Assembly: GCA_043228905.1 (NCBI GenBank)
Contig: JBHGNT010000013.1
Coordinates: 4,588,001 to 4,652,000, forward strand
DNA: 64,000 nucleotides
Origin: Azolla caroliniana
Lineage: Eukaryota; Plantae; Polypodiophyta
Direction: 5' to 3'
In this document: piece after piece, positions 11,778 to 25,117 of the stretch
Numbering within the stretch: position 1 is the stretch's first letter
Layout: each line of letters starts with the position of its first letter
Position numbers and translations under genes: made by a program
The notes under the pieces: generated by a model
The model's database searches: none
What the model was told of the DNA's origin: nothing
What the model saw: only the letters and a program-made list of their open reading frames with translations

Positions 11778-14700
11778 TGTTAGGAATATGTCCCTCATGT
11801 GGGAGGAGCCGACTGTTCAACTAAGTAAGAGACGACAGTCGAAGACCTGGACAATCGACTAAGAGAGAGTCGATTGTAGATGATCGAAGTCACTAGTCGG
11901 GCCGACCAGATGGTCAACGACAAGGTCAACTAGTCGGACCGACTCAACAATCGACATCGGAGTCGGTTAGTCGAAACAACTAGTTGATCAGTCAGCTGAT
12001 TAGCGACTGTTACTATTATTATTAGATAATAATAATAGCAGACATATTTGTAAATAGCCCATACTGTGTTGAGGTATAAATACCTCTAGGGAAAAACTTT
12101 AGTAGTGAGAACATAAGATGTCTAATAGAGTTTTTTTGTAGTTGTGTGCAGAGATGTGTGTGTATGTGGCACCATAGTTGTGATGCCAAGAGCCCTATGA
12201 GGTTGATACGCTTTGTTTGAAGAGTGTTGTAATATGTTTTATCTCTATATATTCTCTGATATAGTGGATCTTTGTTCCCATGGTTTTCGCCGTTTAGGGT
12301 TTCCATGTAATACCTGTGTGTTGTGTATACTTTGTCTATTTTGTTTTATGTTTCGACATTGTACATTTCAGTGTAGCTCATAGAAAGTAGTGGCCACCAT
12401 CAGACAATGCATAGATGTCAGTGTCCTACAACATGTGGCGAACGACACAAATAGTTATGAGATGTGGCAAAAGTTGACAGGGCTATACGAGACGAAGAAT
12501 ACCCTGAACAAGACATCTTTGATGAGCAAGATCGTATTATTGAAGTATGGGGATGAAGAGCGTATAGTCGAGCACATAAACACATTCATGGGGTATGTAA
12601 ACCAACTTGCGACAACCATGTTTCACCTTGATGATACTATGTAGGCCCTGTTGTTGATGTGCACATTGCAGGATATTTGGGAGAACCTGGTGGTGACTCC
12701 CAACACCTCATCTCAAGAAGAAAAACTATCTTTACAAGTGGTATGGACAAGCATCTTGAATGAGGAGACAAGGAAGAACAAGGGTGTCCTATCCCAGTTG
12801 GAGTCAAATGTGGCTCAACATGCCAGCAAAGGAAGAAACAGACAAAGAAGTCCATAGAGGAGAGAAAAGTCGCATGCCAGGCCCAAGTCCAGAGGTAAGC
12901 TTACATGCTTTTACTGTGGAAAGCCTAGACACTTCTAGAAGGACTGTCGACACCTCAAGAAGGATAAAGGCGCTTCGAAGGATGTTGAACCCAGAAAGAT
13001 TTCTGAGGAGACGGGTACATCAGCCATTGCCACAAGTGAAGAGGAGATCTTGTTCATTTGTGAGCAGCAAGCAAAACTCTTGCAAGTGAAGAGTGTACCT
13101 GGGTAATCAACTCGGGTGCATCCTTTCATATAACTCCCTTGAGAGAGTTTCTCAACTTACATAGCCGAAAATCAGGGCTATCTGAAGATAGGAGATAATG
13201 AAGAATTCAAGATAGTCGGCCTCAGAAATGTATGTTTAACAACGTCGACTAGTTTTTGGCTAAATCTGAAGGATGTTTGGCACGTGTCTGATATCAAGCT
13301 GAATCTGATATTGATTGGAAGAATGGACGACGAAGGCTACAGTGGTAGCTTTCAAAATGGCAAGTGGAAGTTTTGTAGGGGGAACTTCATAGTGGCCCAT
13401 GCATCGAAACAGGGCACATTGTATATGAATGGTGAGTTATGGTAGTTGACTTGAATTGTGAGTTATTGCATAAGAGGCTCGGCCACATGAGTAAAAAGGA
13501 GATGCACATCCTAGCTGGCCAAAAACTCCTTCCAAAAGTAAAAGGAGTGCACTTGGAGAAGTGTGTCAATTGCTTAATTGGAAAGCAGAATAGAGCTGCA
13601 TTTTACACGAGACCACCAAGGAGAAGAGAAGCTACAATGAAACTAGTACACACGGATCTGTGCTATGTAGATGCTCCATCTCATTCTGGTAGATAGTACT
13701 TTGTGACTTTCATTGATGAATACAGTCGAAAGTTGTAGGTTTTGGTACTAAAGTCGAAAGATCAATTGTTGTCGTTTTTTAAGGAGTTCCAGGCAAGAGC
13801 CAAAGGAGAGTCATGTCAGAAGTTGAAGGTTGTCCGAATCGACAACGATGGTGAATACAAAGGGCAGTTTGAAGAATATTTCAAGGCCCAAGGTATTCGA
13901 ATCGAATACACTTTTCCAAAGGCCCCTGAGTTGAACGGGCTTGTAGAGAGGATAAAATGGACGATAATGGAGAGAGTAAGGAGCATGTTGTCACATGCTA
14001 AGCTACCGAAATCATATTTGGGCAAAGGCGATGTACACGACTATTTATCTGATCAATGGATCTCCCTAAGTGCCATTGAAATGTGATGTCCAACAGAGTG
14101 TGTGGATAGGAAAGGATATCTCCTACTAACACCAAAGTGTGTTCAGATCAAGAGTCGGCAGGAACATCCGACCTTGAGCCGACAACGGGAAGCAAGAGAT
14201 ACCCACTTAGAGAAAGGAGAGCACCAACTTTATATGCTAGTCAATACATCCTCTTGACTGATGATGGTGAGCCTGAGTGCTATGATGAGGCCATGGCTAA
14301 TGAGCACATAGGGAAATGGCTGAGTAAAATGCAAGATGAGATGGACTCCTTGCACGAAAATTACACCTACGATCTGGCAAAGCTACCAAAAGGTAAGAAA
14401 GCACTCACAAATAAATGGGTCTACAAGGTAAAAACTGGAGAAGTTGACAACACACCCAGATATAAAGCCCACATTGTGGTGAAGGGATTTCAACAAAAAA
14501 AGGTGTCGATTTTGACAAGATATTCGCTCCAGTTGTGAAGATGACATCCATCCAAACTGTTCTGAGCATAAATGTGAGTATGGATCTGGAGATCGAATAG
14601 TTGGATGGCAAAACAACATTCCTACATGGGGAGTTAGACAAGGAGATCTACATGCAACAACCCGAAGGATTTGTGGAGAAAGGGAAAGAGTACCTGGTGT

Positions 14701-15477
14701 GTCGACTAAAGAAAAGCTTGTATGGTCTGAAACAAGATCTGCGCCAATGTTACAAGAAGTTCAAGTCCCTCATGCTAGAACATAGGTTCCAGAAAAACAC
14801 AAGATGATCATCGTGTGTTTGTAAAAAGGTACAATGAAGGTGACTTCTTAATCCTCTTATTATCTGTGGATGACACGTTGGTAGTCAGACAAGATACGAG
14901 GAAGATCGGGAGCTTGAAGAAAGCAATAGGCAAGTCATTTTCCATGAAAGATCTTGGACTGGCCAAACAGATTTTGCGGATGCACATAGTTCGGGACAAA
15001 ACTAAGAAAGTGTTATAGGTGTCACAAGAGAAGGATGTGACAAAGGTCCTAGAAAGATTTAACATGTCAGAAGTAAATATGGTCGGTTTTGCGTTGCCGA
15101 CAAACTGCATGATGAATGCTAAGCAATGCCCGATGAGCAAGAAGGAAAAGGTTGAGACGAGGAAAGTATCGTAAGCCTAGGCCATTGGCAGTTTGATGTA
15201 TGCTATGGTTTGTACGAGACCAGGCATAACATTTGTTGTTGGAGCAATAACTTGATATATGAGTAATCCAGGAAGAGAATGTTGGGCAACTGTTAAATGG
15301 ATACTCAGGTACTTAAAAGGCATGTCAAGGTTGTACCTCAGGTATGGTGTTAGAAAGCTTGTACTCGAAGGTTTTACCGACTTGGACATGTTGGGGGATG
15401 TAAACTCAAGTCGATCAACTTCTGGGTACGTGATGACCTATGTAGGGGGGAGCAATGTTGTGGAAGTCAAGATCATT
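11778..15477 (+). mobile_element. Truncated Ty1/copia element (5' LTR plus degenerate gag-pol with deletions)
   Basis: LTR starts tgttaggaatatgtccctc at 11778; gag 12390-12960; LHKRLGHMS, LVHTDLC, RIDNDGEY; RT LLSVDDTL; cut off in RNase H near 15477. Confidence 0.9.
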
Positions 15478-16345
15478 GTAGTCAGAGTTTGAGGCATAGT
15501 TGGTGAGTTGTCGTCTTGTGGAGGCTGACTCACTCTTCTTTTTGTGACTCTCTACCTCGTAGTGGCCAAATTTCCCACGGTATCCACTCTGGATGGAGTT
15601 TTTTTAATAACCAAGTCCGGCATGATTGTTCCCCCTTCTAACAGTCCCTCCCACTCGCGTGTTTGAAATGTCTTGCTAGTAGTAGAAATTGTGTTCTCGA
15701 GGTTGCTCTTGGTTGTGTTGGCCTTACCAAAATGGCACATTTCTTGCCATGTAAGAAGTCTATTACTAGTCAAGAGGTCATCAATCTTGTTATGCGGCAA
15801 GTATTTAGGCATCATGGTCTGCCGGATGATATTATTTATTAGTGATCGTGGTCCACAATTCATCTCAAAGTTTTGGAAGCACATGTTCAAATTTCTCCAC
15901 ATTTCGGCTAAGCTTTCTTCGGGCTTTCATCCCGAGACTAATGGCGAAACTGAGCGTACCAACCAAACTTTGGAGCAATATCTTCATTGTTTCATCATCT
16001 ACCAACAAGATGATTGGGTTGATTTTTTGCACTTCGCTGAATTTGCTTACAACAACTCAATCCATTCTTCTACAAGATATTCTCCATTTTTTGCAAATAC
16101 GGGTTGTCATCCTCAGTGGACGATGAATGCGCATCCAAACATTCCTACCAACCCTGCTGTTGACGATCATCTTAGTCACCTCCAAGAAATTCACGCTACC
16201 ATTCTCTAGAATTTGCATGATGCTCGAGTTACACATAAGCGGCTTGCAGATCTTCCTCGCCTAGACTCCTCCTAAAACTTTCCGTGTTGGGGATCATGTA
16301 TGGCTTCTCCAACACAATATCAAGACCACTCGACCTTGTAGTAAA

Positions 16346-16744
16346 ATGGATTACCAAAATTTTGGCCCTTACATGATCACTAGTAAGATAAGTGATGTTG
16401 CGTTTTGTCTTGGCCTCCCTCCGCACATGCGTCTTCATCCGGTGTTTCATGTATCCCTTATGGAACCTTACACCACAAGTTCAATATTTGGCCGTCTTAC
16501 AACACCCCCACCACCTGTTGAGTTCTTAGAAGGACCCGAACTTGAGGTTGTTGCCATTCTCGATTTTAAAATCGTGCAAAACACGTTGTATTACTTGGTT
16601 GATTGGTTAGGCTATACCCCCAATGATCGAAATTGGGAACCTTTAGCAAATCTTTCCAATGTCGTGGACATGGTGACCACATTTCATCGCCAATATCCTC
16701 ATAAACCAAGTCTTAATACAAATCCTACATCCTACGACCCGTGA
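16346..16744 (+). pseudogene. Integrase C-terminus with chromodomain
   Basis: FGPY...LHPVFHVSLMEPY followed by chromodomain LEVVAILDFKIVQNTLYYLVDWLGYTPNDRNWEP. Confidence 0.9.
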
Positions 16745-16770
16745 GACATGTCCTTGAAGAAGGGGGATAA

Positions 16771-17170
16771 TGTCATGATGACACTCACATTATGCCTTGA
16801 GAGGATTTGAACCCACGACCTTGTTATAAACAAGGCAAATCCTTAACCATTGTAATAATATGTTTATATATTTACTTTTTAGAATATAGAATCTAATATC
16901 ATAGGAATATTCTATATTACTCTACATTCTAGAATGACCTAGAATATTCTAAAGTGTTCTACATACTAGAACCTTCTAGAATACTCTAGAAACCTTCTAG
17001 ATTACTCTACATTCTAGAAGGACCTAAAATATTCTAGAGTGTTCTATATTACTTATAAATAGGGATCTATAAATCATTCCAAAACTAAATTGGTTCAACA
17101 CCATTCTATATCACTCTATGGCCTACTCTTTGTAATCAGTTTTACATTGCAATATAATATTTGCCTTTCG

Positions 17171-17230
<60 letters not shown>

Positions 17231-17234
17231 GACA
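16771..17234 (+). repeat. Chromovirus 3' LTR containing ctagaa-type short repeats and a (CT)n tract
   Basis: Follows the PPT; TATA tataaatagg ~17054; (CT)n ~17174-17230; ends GACA at the LINE junction. Confidence 0.85.
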
Positions 17235-20200
17235 ATACCAAGATATTTAAAGCTTCGAACAAATTGTATATGTTCACCTCTATATGTGAGCATAGGGTAA
17301 TGATGAGGTTGGATTGTTTGCACTACCACCATTTTTGTTTTCTCCACGTTCACTGGTAGTCCACTACTATGGCAAAATTCTTCTAATACCCCTAAGTAAA
17401 TTTTGTATACTATCAACATCTTATGAGAAGAGTACCACATCATCTACATATAGAAGCAATATGATAACATGTTGCATCAATTTGGGGGCATTCAATCATT
17501 CTTCTCTTGCAACCTTATTCACCACTTCTTCTAATTTATCAATACATAAGCCAAAGAGTGTGGGTGATACTGGACATCCTTGCTTGACCCCCATGTTACT
17601 TAAAAAGGGTGTTGAGAATCCACAATCCATTTCTAGTTGCCATTTAACGTGTTCATATAGGCGTGCAACAACAAATCGGTACTCTAATGGCATGTCAATC
17701 TCTACCATTCTATTCCAAACCTCACTTCGTGGTATGACATCAAAAGCATTCTTAAAATCAATAAAACAACACTAAAGTGTTTTTCCTTGTAGTCGACTCT
17801 CTTCCATGATTACTCTCAATGTGACCAAATGATCCACAATGGAGTGTTTTGGTCTAAATCCTACTTGCCCAAGTGCTCTTTTGCTTATACTTTCAGCCCC
17901 CATGTGCTTATCTTTTGCTCCATAATAGTACTATATAATTTAGCAATAGTTGAGCTCACCATTATTGTACGATAATTTGATACTTGATTCTAATCTCTGG
18001 CTTTAAATATTGGTTTAATCCAATTCATAAGCCAATCATTTGGAAATCCTTGTTTTATAGCTTGCTCTATCATTGTCATTATCTAATGACGAGTATGTGG
18101 CATTGTCCATTTTAAAAGCTCACTTCAGATGTAGGTTGCATCTGCTGCTTTCCCACTCGCCATCTTCTTTATTCCCTTATTGACATCATCAATATTGATA
18201 CATGTAGTGGATAGTGTTTCAATTTTCTCAAGCATAGGAGCCACACCTTCATGCATATATAGCCTTTGTACATAGTCTAACATCTCTTCATTTGTAAAGT
18301 GGCCTTTCACATCTTCTTTCTTACCCTTCAGTTGTCCCCATTCTAATTTTGGTTTGAGCTTAAACATGTTTTTCTTTTCATCTCATGCATTTGGAAATAT
18401 CTTTTTGTCTTTCTCCTCACTACGTTCTTATATAGGTCGGATGATACGTCTCTTTTCATCTTTCACTCCATGGCATCTATTGTTGAAATGTGGAATTGCA
18501 AGGTCTAAGTACATTGGCCTGTGGTCTGAGTCCAGAGATAGAGAACTAACTTTAAACACATTCACCCATGATAGATCACATGCCAACATTAATATGTACT
18601 CAACCACACTTCCTCCACCTAAGGATGGTAAACATGTGAGCACATTTGTCAATGGGAATTCCTTTATACCATTTAGGATAATCAAGTTTCTGCAATTTAA
18701 CATATGTATCAAAAGTTTTCTATAATCTAACATGACACAATCCTCTGAGTCATGAAACAGACAATGTTCTACTACATTTTCTTTAAATGTCTCCACATTT
18801 TGGAAATTTCCAACTCTTGCATTGAAGTCTCCCAGAATTAAAACTTTACCAATCTTCTTGAATGAATGTATATCATGGCATAATTCTATAAAAGGACCAT
18901 CACAATCTAACCCAAACCTACTGTAGTAGTTTGAGTCTTTGTGAGGAATATATCATGCAACTATATTAAACTTCTCTTTCCCAAAATTAACCTCTATCCA
19001 TATGTATCTCTTATAGTCATCATATTTGCAAACTTTGATAGAATTATCTAAGCTCTCATGGTAGATACATGCTATCCTAGCACACCCAACATTCCCTTTG
19101 GAGTGAGGCCATATCGATTTTATGAGGTAACTGTCTATCTTAGGTATACGTTTTGCCTCATGCTCCCATGTTTCAGCAAAAATATAATATCCCGGCACAC
19201 CCAACATTCCCTTTGGAGTGAGGCCATATCGATTTTATGAGGTAATCGTCTATCTTAGGTATACGTTTTGCCTCATGCTCCCATGTTTCAGCAAAAATAT
19301 AATATCCATACCTTGAGCTACATCATTGAGTCCTAAACCCTTATTCCATGGACATCCTCTACAACTCCAAAACATTACTTTCAATCGTGAAGCACTTATA
19401 GTCCCATAGATCGTTGCTTGTTGTGCCTTTTGATTTGGTTTCCTAGATGCATATGCTTGCCTTCTACGATTTTGCTCTTGTGGAGTTCTATCCTACATTA
19501 CAAAAAAACTTGTCCCTTTTAAGTACACCTTACTACTATCTAGAATCATTTTCCTTTTACGTTCATCAAAGATTGTACAAACAATAGCTCAAGATGACTT
19601 TCCGTCTAGTTGCTTTTTGCTAACCCTATGTGCGGCATATACAATAACATCTTGCATAGCAAAGTGATTTTCAAAGAATTTCATTATATTCGCTCCAAGA
19701 GATAATGCATTCTCAGTATCATTCTCTTGCATACCTCTAATGACAATATTATTCTTTCTTCTTTCGATTTCCTATTGCTCATTTGCATCTAACACATCCA
19801 TGGTATTAGAATGCCTTTGTGTGATTTTCAATGTTTCTTTCAAGAGAACATCTTTCCACCTTGTCATGATCACCTCTTCCTTCCCTTCAATTGTAGATTT
19901 TATTTCGGCATTTGCCGTCACTAAAATCTCTTTCTCTGCTTCAAGACTCAACATTTTTGTTTCTATTTCCAGCATCCGATTATTTTGCATTTGAATAGTC
20001 ATGTTCTTCATTGCATGTAGTTCTTCACACAAAGCTTTAATCTCCAATTTTTGAATTTCCATTGTATGTTGAAGAGTTAATTCTTTCTCCTTATAACCAT
20101 ACATTTCGCTTTGCATTTGCATCACTGTCTCTTGCAATGAGATATACATAGCTGCCATCTTTTCCATTGACAAAGTATGCATTTGATTGTTTGGGCTTTC

Positions 20201-20480
20201 AATCACATCATCATTGACTTTTACTCCTCAAGGCATATTTACTATTAATAGAATGATAGAAGAAGTAGAATGTACCTTTCAATCGATTTAGGGTTTCAAA
20301 CTCTACCTTGAGTTTGAAGAACCGCAGGGCAAAGAGGGCTGCTGACAAAAAGAGAGAACACAATGTATATAGAAAACAAGGAAACTAAATTAGCAAGGAG
20401 CAAGAGTGAACCAAAATTACAAAGACAAGGAAAGGTTCTTATGTACTCACCTTCTCTCTAAGTTCTCTCACTAGAACTGC
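17235..20480 (-). mobile_element. Degenerate APE-type LINE (RTE/RTEX-like): ORF1, endonuclease, RT; 3' part cut off at the chromovirus LTR
   Basis: ORF1 coiled coil plus RRKNNIVIRG; endonuclease LKVMFWSCRG, FAETW, GDFNARVG, SDHRP; RT GFRPKHS, FIDFKNAFD, GVKQGCPVSPTLF, LLYVDD, FKYLGI. The 5' boundary is approximate. Confidence 0.9.
19080..19307. repeat. 115-bp tandem duplication inside the LINE endonuclease domain
   Basis: gcacacccaacattccctttgg...aatataatatcc starts at both 19080 and 19195. Confidence 0.92.
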
Positions 20481-21907
20481 CTCTTGGGAAAGAGGTGGAG
20501 TCTTAACTATTTACTGAATGTCTGTCATAGGACATTAACTTGTATGACACGCTAGTTACTATACAAGCAAGTGTGATATTCAAATACTTGAGCATCCTAG
20601 AGTGTGTTCCCAGAGAATGGAAGTTGAGTTTGATTCTCAACACGCCCCTTCAATCAGAACTTCCAGATGATAGATAGTTGGTTTAGGGTAGTCTTCAATT
20701 GTGGATGGTCGACTCACTCTTGTATGTGTTCCCACACAAGGGAAGTTGAGTTTGATCTCAACAATATTGAAAGAAGACCATTTGACAATAATATATAAAC
20801 AAGTCATTACATGGGAAAAGCATAATTTGAAAGAAATATTGTAATCTATTTCCCAAATAAAGCTAGATCTAGACATTGTGTTTCCATTTTTTAATATAGT
20901 AGGAACACACTTAGAATAATTCAGAACCAAGGTGGTTCTTGATTAAGCCACAATGCCTAAGATAATATCATAGCCATAGTTCGTGTTTTGTTATGCTATC
21001 AAGTGATGTTTAAAATTTTCTAATGAGCACAAAGTGGTCATTGTATGGGATATATTTTCTCAACCCTTCTTATTGCCATGTATCTATGTGCACGTTGAAG
21101 TGTCCTTTTCAACTGTTAAATTCACTATACATAACTACTTATTCTCACATCAATCTCCTCCACAAATATGTTAAGTATATTCAAGGAATCCCTACTAAAT
21201 ATGCTTCATGGCCACGATGGTTTTATTCTTTTCTTCCTTCCTTGAGAATTTTTCTACAATGGACTCTCTTGGAAGCAACCTTTTCAAACGGCCTTCTTTT
21301 GTGTGGATAATTTCATTCAATCCATTGGACATGATATAAAGACATATTTAAATAACGATAGCTTGTTAATTAACAACTATACGCTTGTCAGCATGCAACA
21401 TTTATTTGTTCGAATTTTGTTCCCATTAACATTTCTTCATTCCATATCAAGGTTATAAGCTCATGGAAAATAGTGCTTCCTTGAGTAAAACAAAGTTACA
21501 CCGTATTTTAGAACAAAGTAAATTTGTTCGTGAAAATGGCACACCCTCACGATTTTGTGAGTATGGTTGGTTCACCCACCTTCAAGGTTTCAATGGTTTA
21601 GAAAATTCTTATATTTAATTCTTTTACATACAAAGATTGAAGTATCAAATAGCCCTATGTAGTAAGAGAACCGGTATTCATTGGAATCTATTAATGTTCT
21701 TATATAATAGTTTTGTACAGGAAACCAAGAAAGACTTGTCATCTTGAAGTGCGATGACATCCATTACTCACATCATCTAATAAAGAGATCCATAAATGTT
21801 GAAATTTCGGATTGTTTTTTACATGGAACAAGTTTCCTATAGTTGTTTTTTAGGCATTTTGTAGTTGCATTTCATTTGTGACATCCCATTGATGAAAGAG
21901 ATTTTCC

Positions 21908-22211
21908 TTATGAGCTCCAATTTTGGCTGGATAGCCAAAGAGAGTTGGATACAACGGCTTCACCATCTTGGTTGCGATGCCAATAATAATATGCACGTGT
22001 CTTGTTCTTTATTTCAAGCACGGCATGGCCAAAGCTAGCTTCTCCGAACACGGAATATGTGGGTTGAGGCTTGGTAAACGGAACGTTACTCTACGACAAG
22101 ACCTTCTGCATTTCCACCATCCCCGATGACTATGTAAATGGGTGCGGATGTGTTTAGTTGCAGGGTGCATTCCCCATTCACAATGTTGTAGTTTATGTTG
22201 CAAATTCGATA
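21908..22211 (-). pseudogene. PAP: PAP pseudogene 3' exon(s)
   Basis: APIYIVIGDGGNAEG...[33 protein letters not shown]; AG acceptor at 22212-22213. Confidence 0.9.
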
Positions 22212-22398
22212 CTAATACAATGATACATTTGTAGTGTGATGTGATGATAGAATGAAAACTTATCATTTTCTCCTTGCAATCAAATCTTAAATCTTGTCAA
22301 GTGGTGAGAATTCTTTGCGAATCGATATTGATGAATGTAAAGAAAGGCGATGAAATGATGAGTTGATGATTACTCAACATCCTTTCGTATGCATGTTA

Positions 22399-24404
22399 TA
22401 TTGGGAATTCAGTTCCTGGTTGGAAGCCGAATGTCAACCGAAGACCATGATGAATCAACAAGATTCGGACAAAGAACTGAATCGACTGAAGAAGAATCAG
22501 ACACAGGAACCGGTCAAGACCCTGAATCGGATTCGGATGGAGAAGAGACGAAGGAGCCGATTGTTGGAAACCAAGTACGGAGATACCCTCTAAGAGGGAG
22601 AAGGCCACCCCAGAGATTTTCGGATGTAGAGCACGTTTTACTGACCGACGAGGGGGAGCTGGAAAGCTTTGAAGAGGCAAAGAAAGACACCCACAACCGC
22701 AAGTGGTAAAGTGCCATGCAGGATGGGATGGATTCCCTGCATGAGAACCACACATATGAACTGACGGAGCTGCCGAAAGGAAAGAGAGAGCTCCGGAACA
22801 AGTGGGTGTACAAGTTGAAACCGGGAGATGCCAAAAATCCACCAAGGTATAAGGCCCTCATTGTGGTGAAGGGCTTCGAGTAGAAGAAAGGAGCGGATTT
22901 TGATGAGATCTTTGCGTCGGTAGTAAAGATGACATCCATCCGGACTGTGTTCAGCATTACGGCAAGCTTGGACCTCAAGGTCGAGCAGACAGACGTCAGG
23001 ATGACGTTCCTGCACAGTGACCTTAAAGAGGAGATCTACATGCAACAGTCGGAGGGATTCGTCAAGAAAGGGAAGGAGCACCTAGTGTGCCGGTTTAAGA
23101 AGAGCTTATACGGATTGAAGCAAGCTCCTCGACAATGGTACCAGAAGTTCCACTCCTTCATGATAGACCAAGGGTAGATTCCACAAGACGCAGGCCGTCC
23201 ACTGCATATTGGTGAAGCGGTTCAATGGAGGGGACTTTCTGATACTACTACTATATGTGGATGATATGTTGATCGTCGGACGAGACCGTATCAAAATCAG
23301 AATGCTGAAGAAGGTCTTAATCCAGTCATTTGCAATGAAAGATATGGGTCCAGCGAGACAAATTTTGGGGATGCATGTAGTCTGGGACTGGACGAAGAAG
23401 CAGCTATGGCTGTCACAGGAGAAGGCTGTCACAGGAGAAGTACGTGACAAAGGTGCTTAAAAGGTTCAACATCACGGATGCTAAGCTGGTTGGGTCGACA
23501 CTTCCACCAAATTGTAAGTTGTCCAGCAAACACAACCCGAAGAAAAAGGTAGAGAAGTCGAAATGATGAAGATACCATATGCCTCTGCCGTCAGAAGTTT
23601 GACATACGCATTTGTGTGCACAGGATCGGATATCGGATATGCAGTCGGAGTGGTCAGCCTGTTCATGAGCAATCCCGGAAGAGAACATTGGGCCACAGTC
23701 AAGTGGATACTTCGGTACTTGAAAGGCACTTCAAATATGTGCCTCTAATTTGGCTCCAGTAAACCCCTATTGGTAGGCTTTATGGATTCAGACGTGTCGG
23801 TTGATGTAGATACCAGTCGGTCAACGCCCGAATATGTTATGACTTATGGAGGGGGAGTTGTATCGTGGCAATCGAGGTTGCAAAAGTCCGTTGCACTGTC
23901 AAGAACGGAAGTGGAATACATGGCGGTTGTAGAAGCAGGAAAAGAGGCAATACGGATGAAGGACTTCATCCGAAAGCTAGGGATCTAGCAGGAGGAATTC
24001 CGGCTCCACTGCGACAATCAAAGTCATATTTGTAAATAGTCCCAAATTTGTATATGTATAAATATAAGTAGGGCAACTCTATTTTGCGTAGTTGACAGTA
24101 TGAAGGTGTATAGAGAGACAAAGTGTGAGAGAGAGAGAGAGATATAGAAAGCTTTCCTGTTGTAACTGCCGACAGACGAAGATAGAGCTCGAGGTCATTG
24201 CCTCTGAGTCTCACTTTGTAGTACCTCTGCCCTATAGTCATCCTATTCGGAGTTTGCGAACTCCCATGGTTTTGCCTCTTCAGGTTTTCCACGTAAACAT
24301 ATTGTGTTGACCCATTTTCTGTGCAAGTGTGTTAATCTTATTTTATTTATGTTTCTTCCATTGAGTTATTAAGACTTGGTTGTGGACAAGCACTATTTGC
24401 AACA
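22399..24404 (+). mobile_element. copia remnant: INT-RT linker, RT, RNase H and partial LTR
   Basis: LYVDDML at ~23250; RNase H cut after CDNQS (~24025) and joined to LTR interior; LTR ends tttgcaACA at 24404 and is followed by PBS tggtatcaaaac. Confidence 0.88.
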
Positions 24405-24677
24405 AATTGGTATCAAAACGAACTGTTGGGAAATCGGTCTCTCCGGTGTCGCGAAAATACGACGAGGATACGCGAACTTGAGGCAGGACCCTGGGGCCTC
24501 CGACCAGAGGATAATCACATTCGTGCGTTTATATTTTTAACAAATAACGGAAAGAAGAAATTTAATAATTTTCATTAACAAAGGAAAAAGAAATTACAAT
24601 ATGTCCCAAGATTGGGATTTAGAAGTTTTAGGTTTACTAAGATTAATAGTAAAGAAAAATTAGGGGTTTTGGTAGAT

Positions 24678-24850
24678 ATGGCTTCCGTAGGGAAGATTAG
24701 GATTAGGTTATATGAGTATTATGGCTTCCGTAGGGAAGATTAGGATTAGGTTATATGAGTATTATGGCTTCCGTAGGGAAGATTAGGGTTTTTGAGTGTT
24801 ATGGCTTCCGTAGGGAATTTTAGGGTTTATGAGAGTTATGGCTCCCTAAG
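24678..24850. repeat. ~43-bp tandem repeat in LTR
   Basis: tatggcttccgtagggaagattaggattaggttatatgagtat, two full copies plus 2-3 partial copies. Confidence 0.85.
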
Positions 24851-25117
24851 ATAAGAGAGCTCCCCCCCCAAAGAAAAGGAAAAAAAATTAAGATAATATG
24901 GAGAGTATCCCAGTATAGGAAAAAAAATGGAATTATATATGGAGTTCCTCGTTGTTCATATGCCTCCACTTTTAGTTGCATAGCTTTTCTTTTCGTTGAA
25001 TCTATTTTTAGTTGCATGGCGTTTTCTTTTTTTGCATGCAACCGTCCACTTGACCTTTACTTTAGTTTGTTGCATGATCCAATCTTTCGTCCCTCCGCGT
25101 CCAACCTCGTCCGGTAG

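Larger units (their letters stand above)
15480..17234 (+). mobile_element. Ty3/gypsy chromovirus 3' half: integrase, chromodomain, PPT and 3' LTR
   Basis: ISDRGPQFISKFW, FHPETNGETERTNQTLEQYL (15673-16209); GPY plus chromodomain EVVAILD..YYLVDWLGY...WEP (16346-16744); PPT gaagaagggggataa; LTR TGTC..GACA 16771-17234. Confidence 0.93.

Noticed and set aside
16790-16862. tRNA gene call (also 42024-42090 and 27318-27335)
   Set aside because: No convincing acceptor or anticodon stems in the first two; the third is only an 18-nt PBS.
20500-21900. Short ORFs at 20637-20930 and 21023-21310
   Set aside because: AT-rich with no recognisable motifs; only a small copia PPT/LTR-end relic near 20622-20655.
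24678-24850. Regularly spaced repeats resembling a CRISPR array
   Set aside because: No unique spacers, no cas genes, and eukaryotic LTR context.
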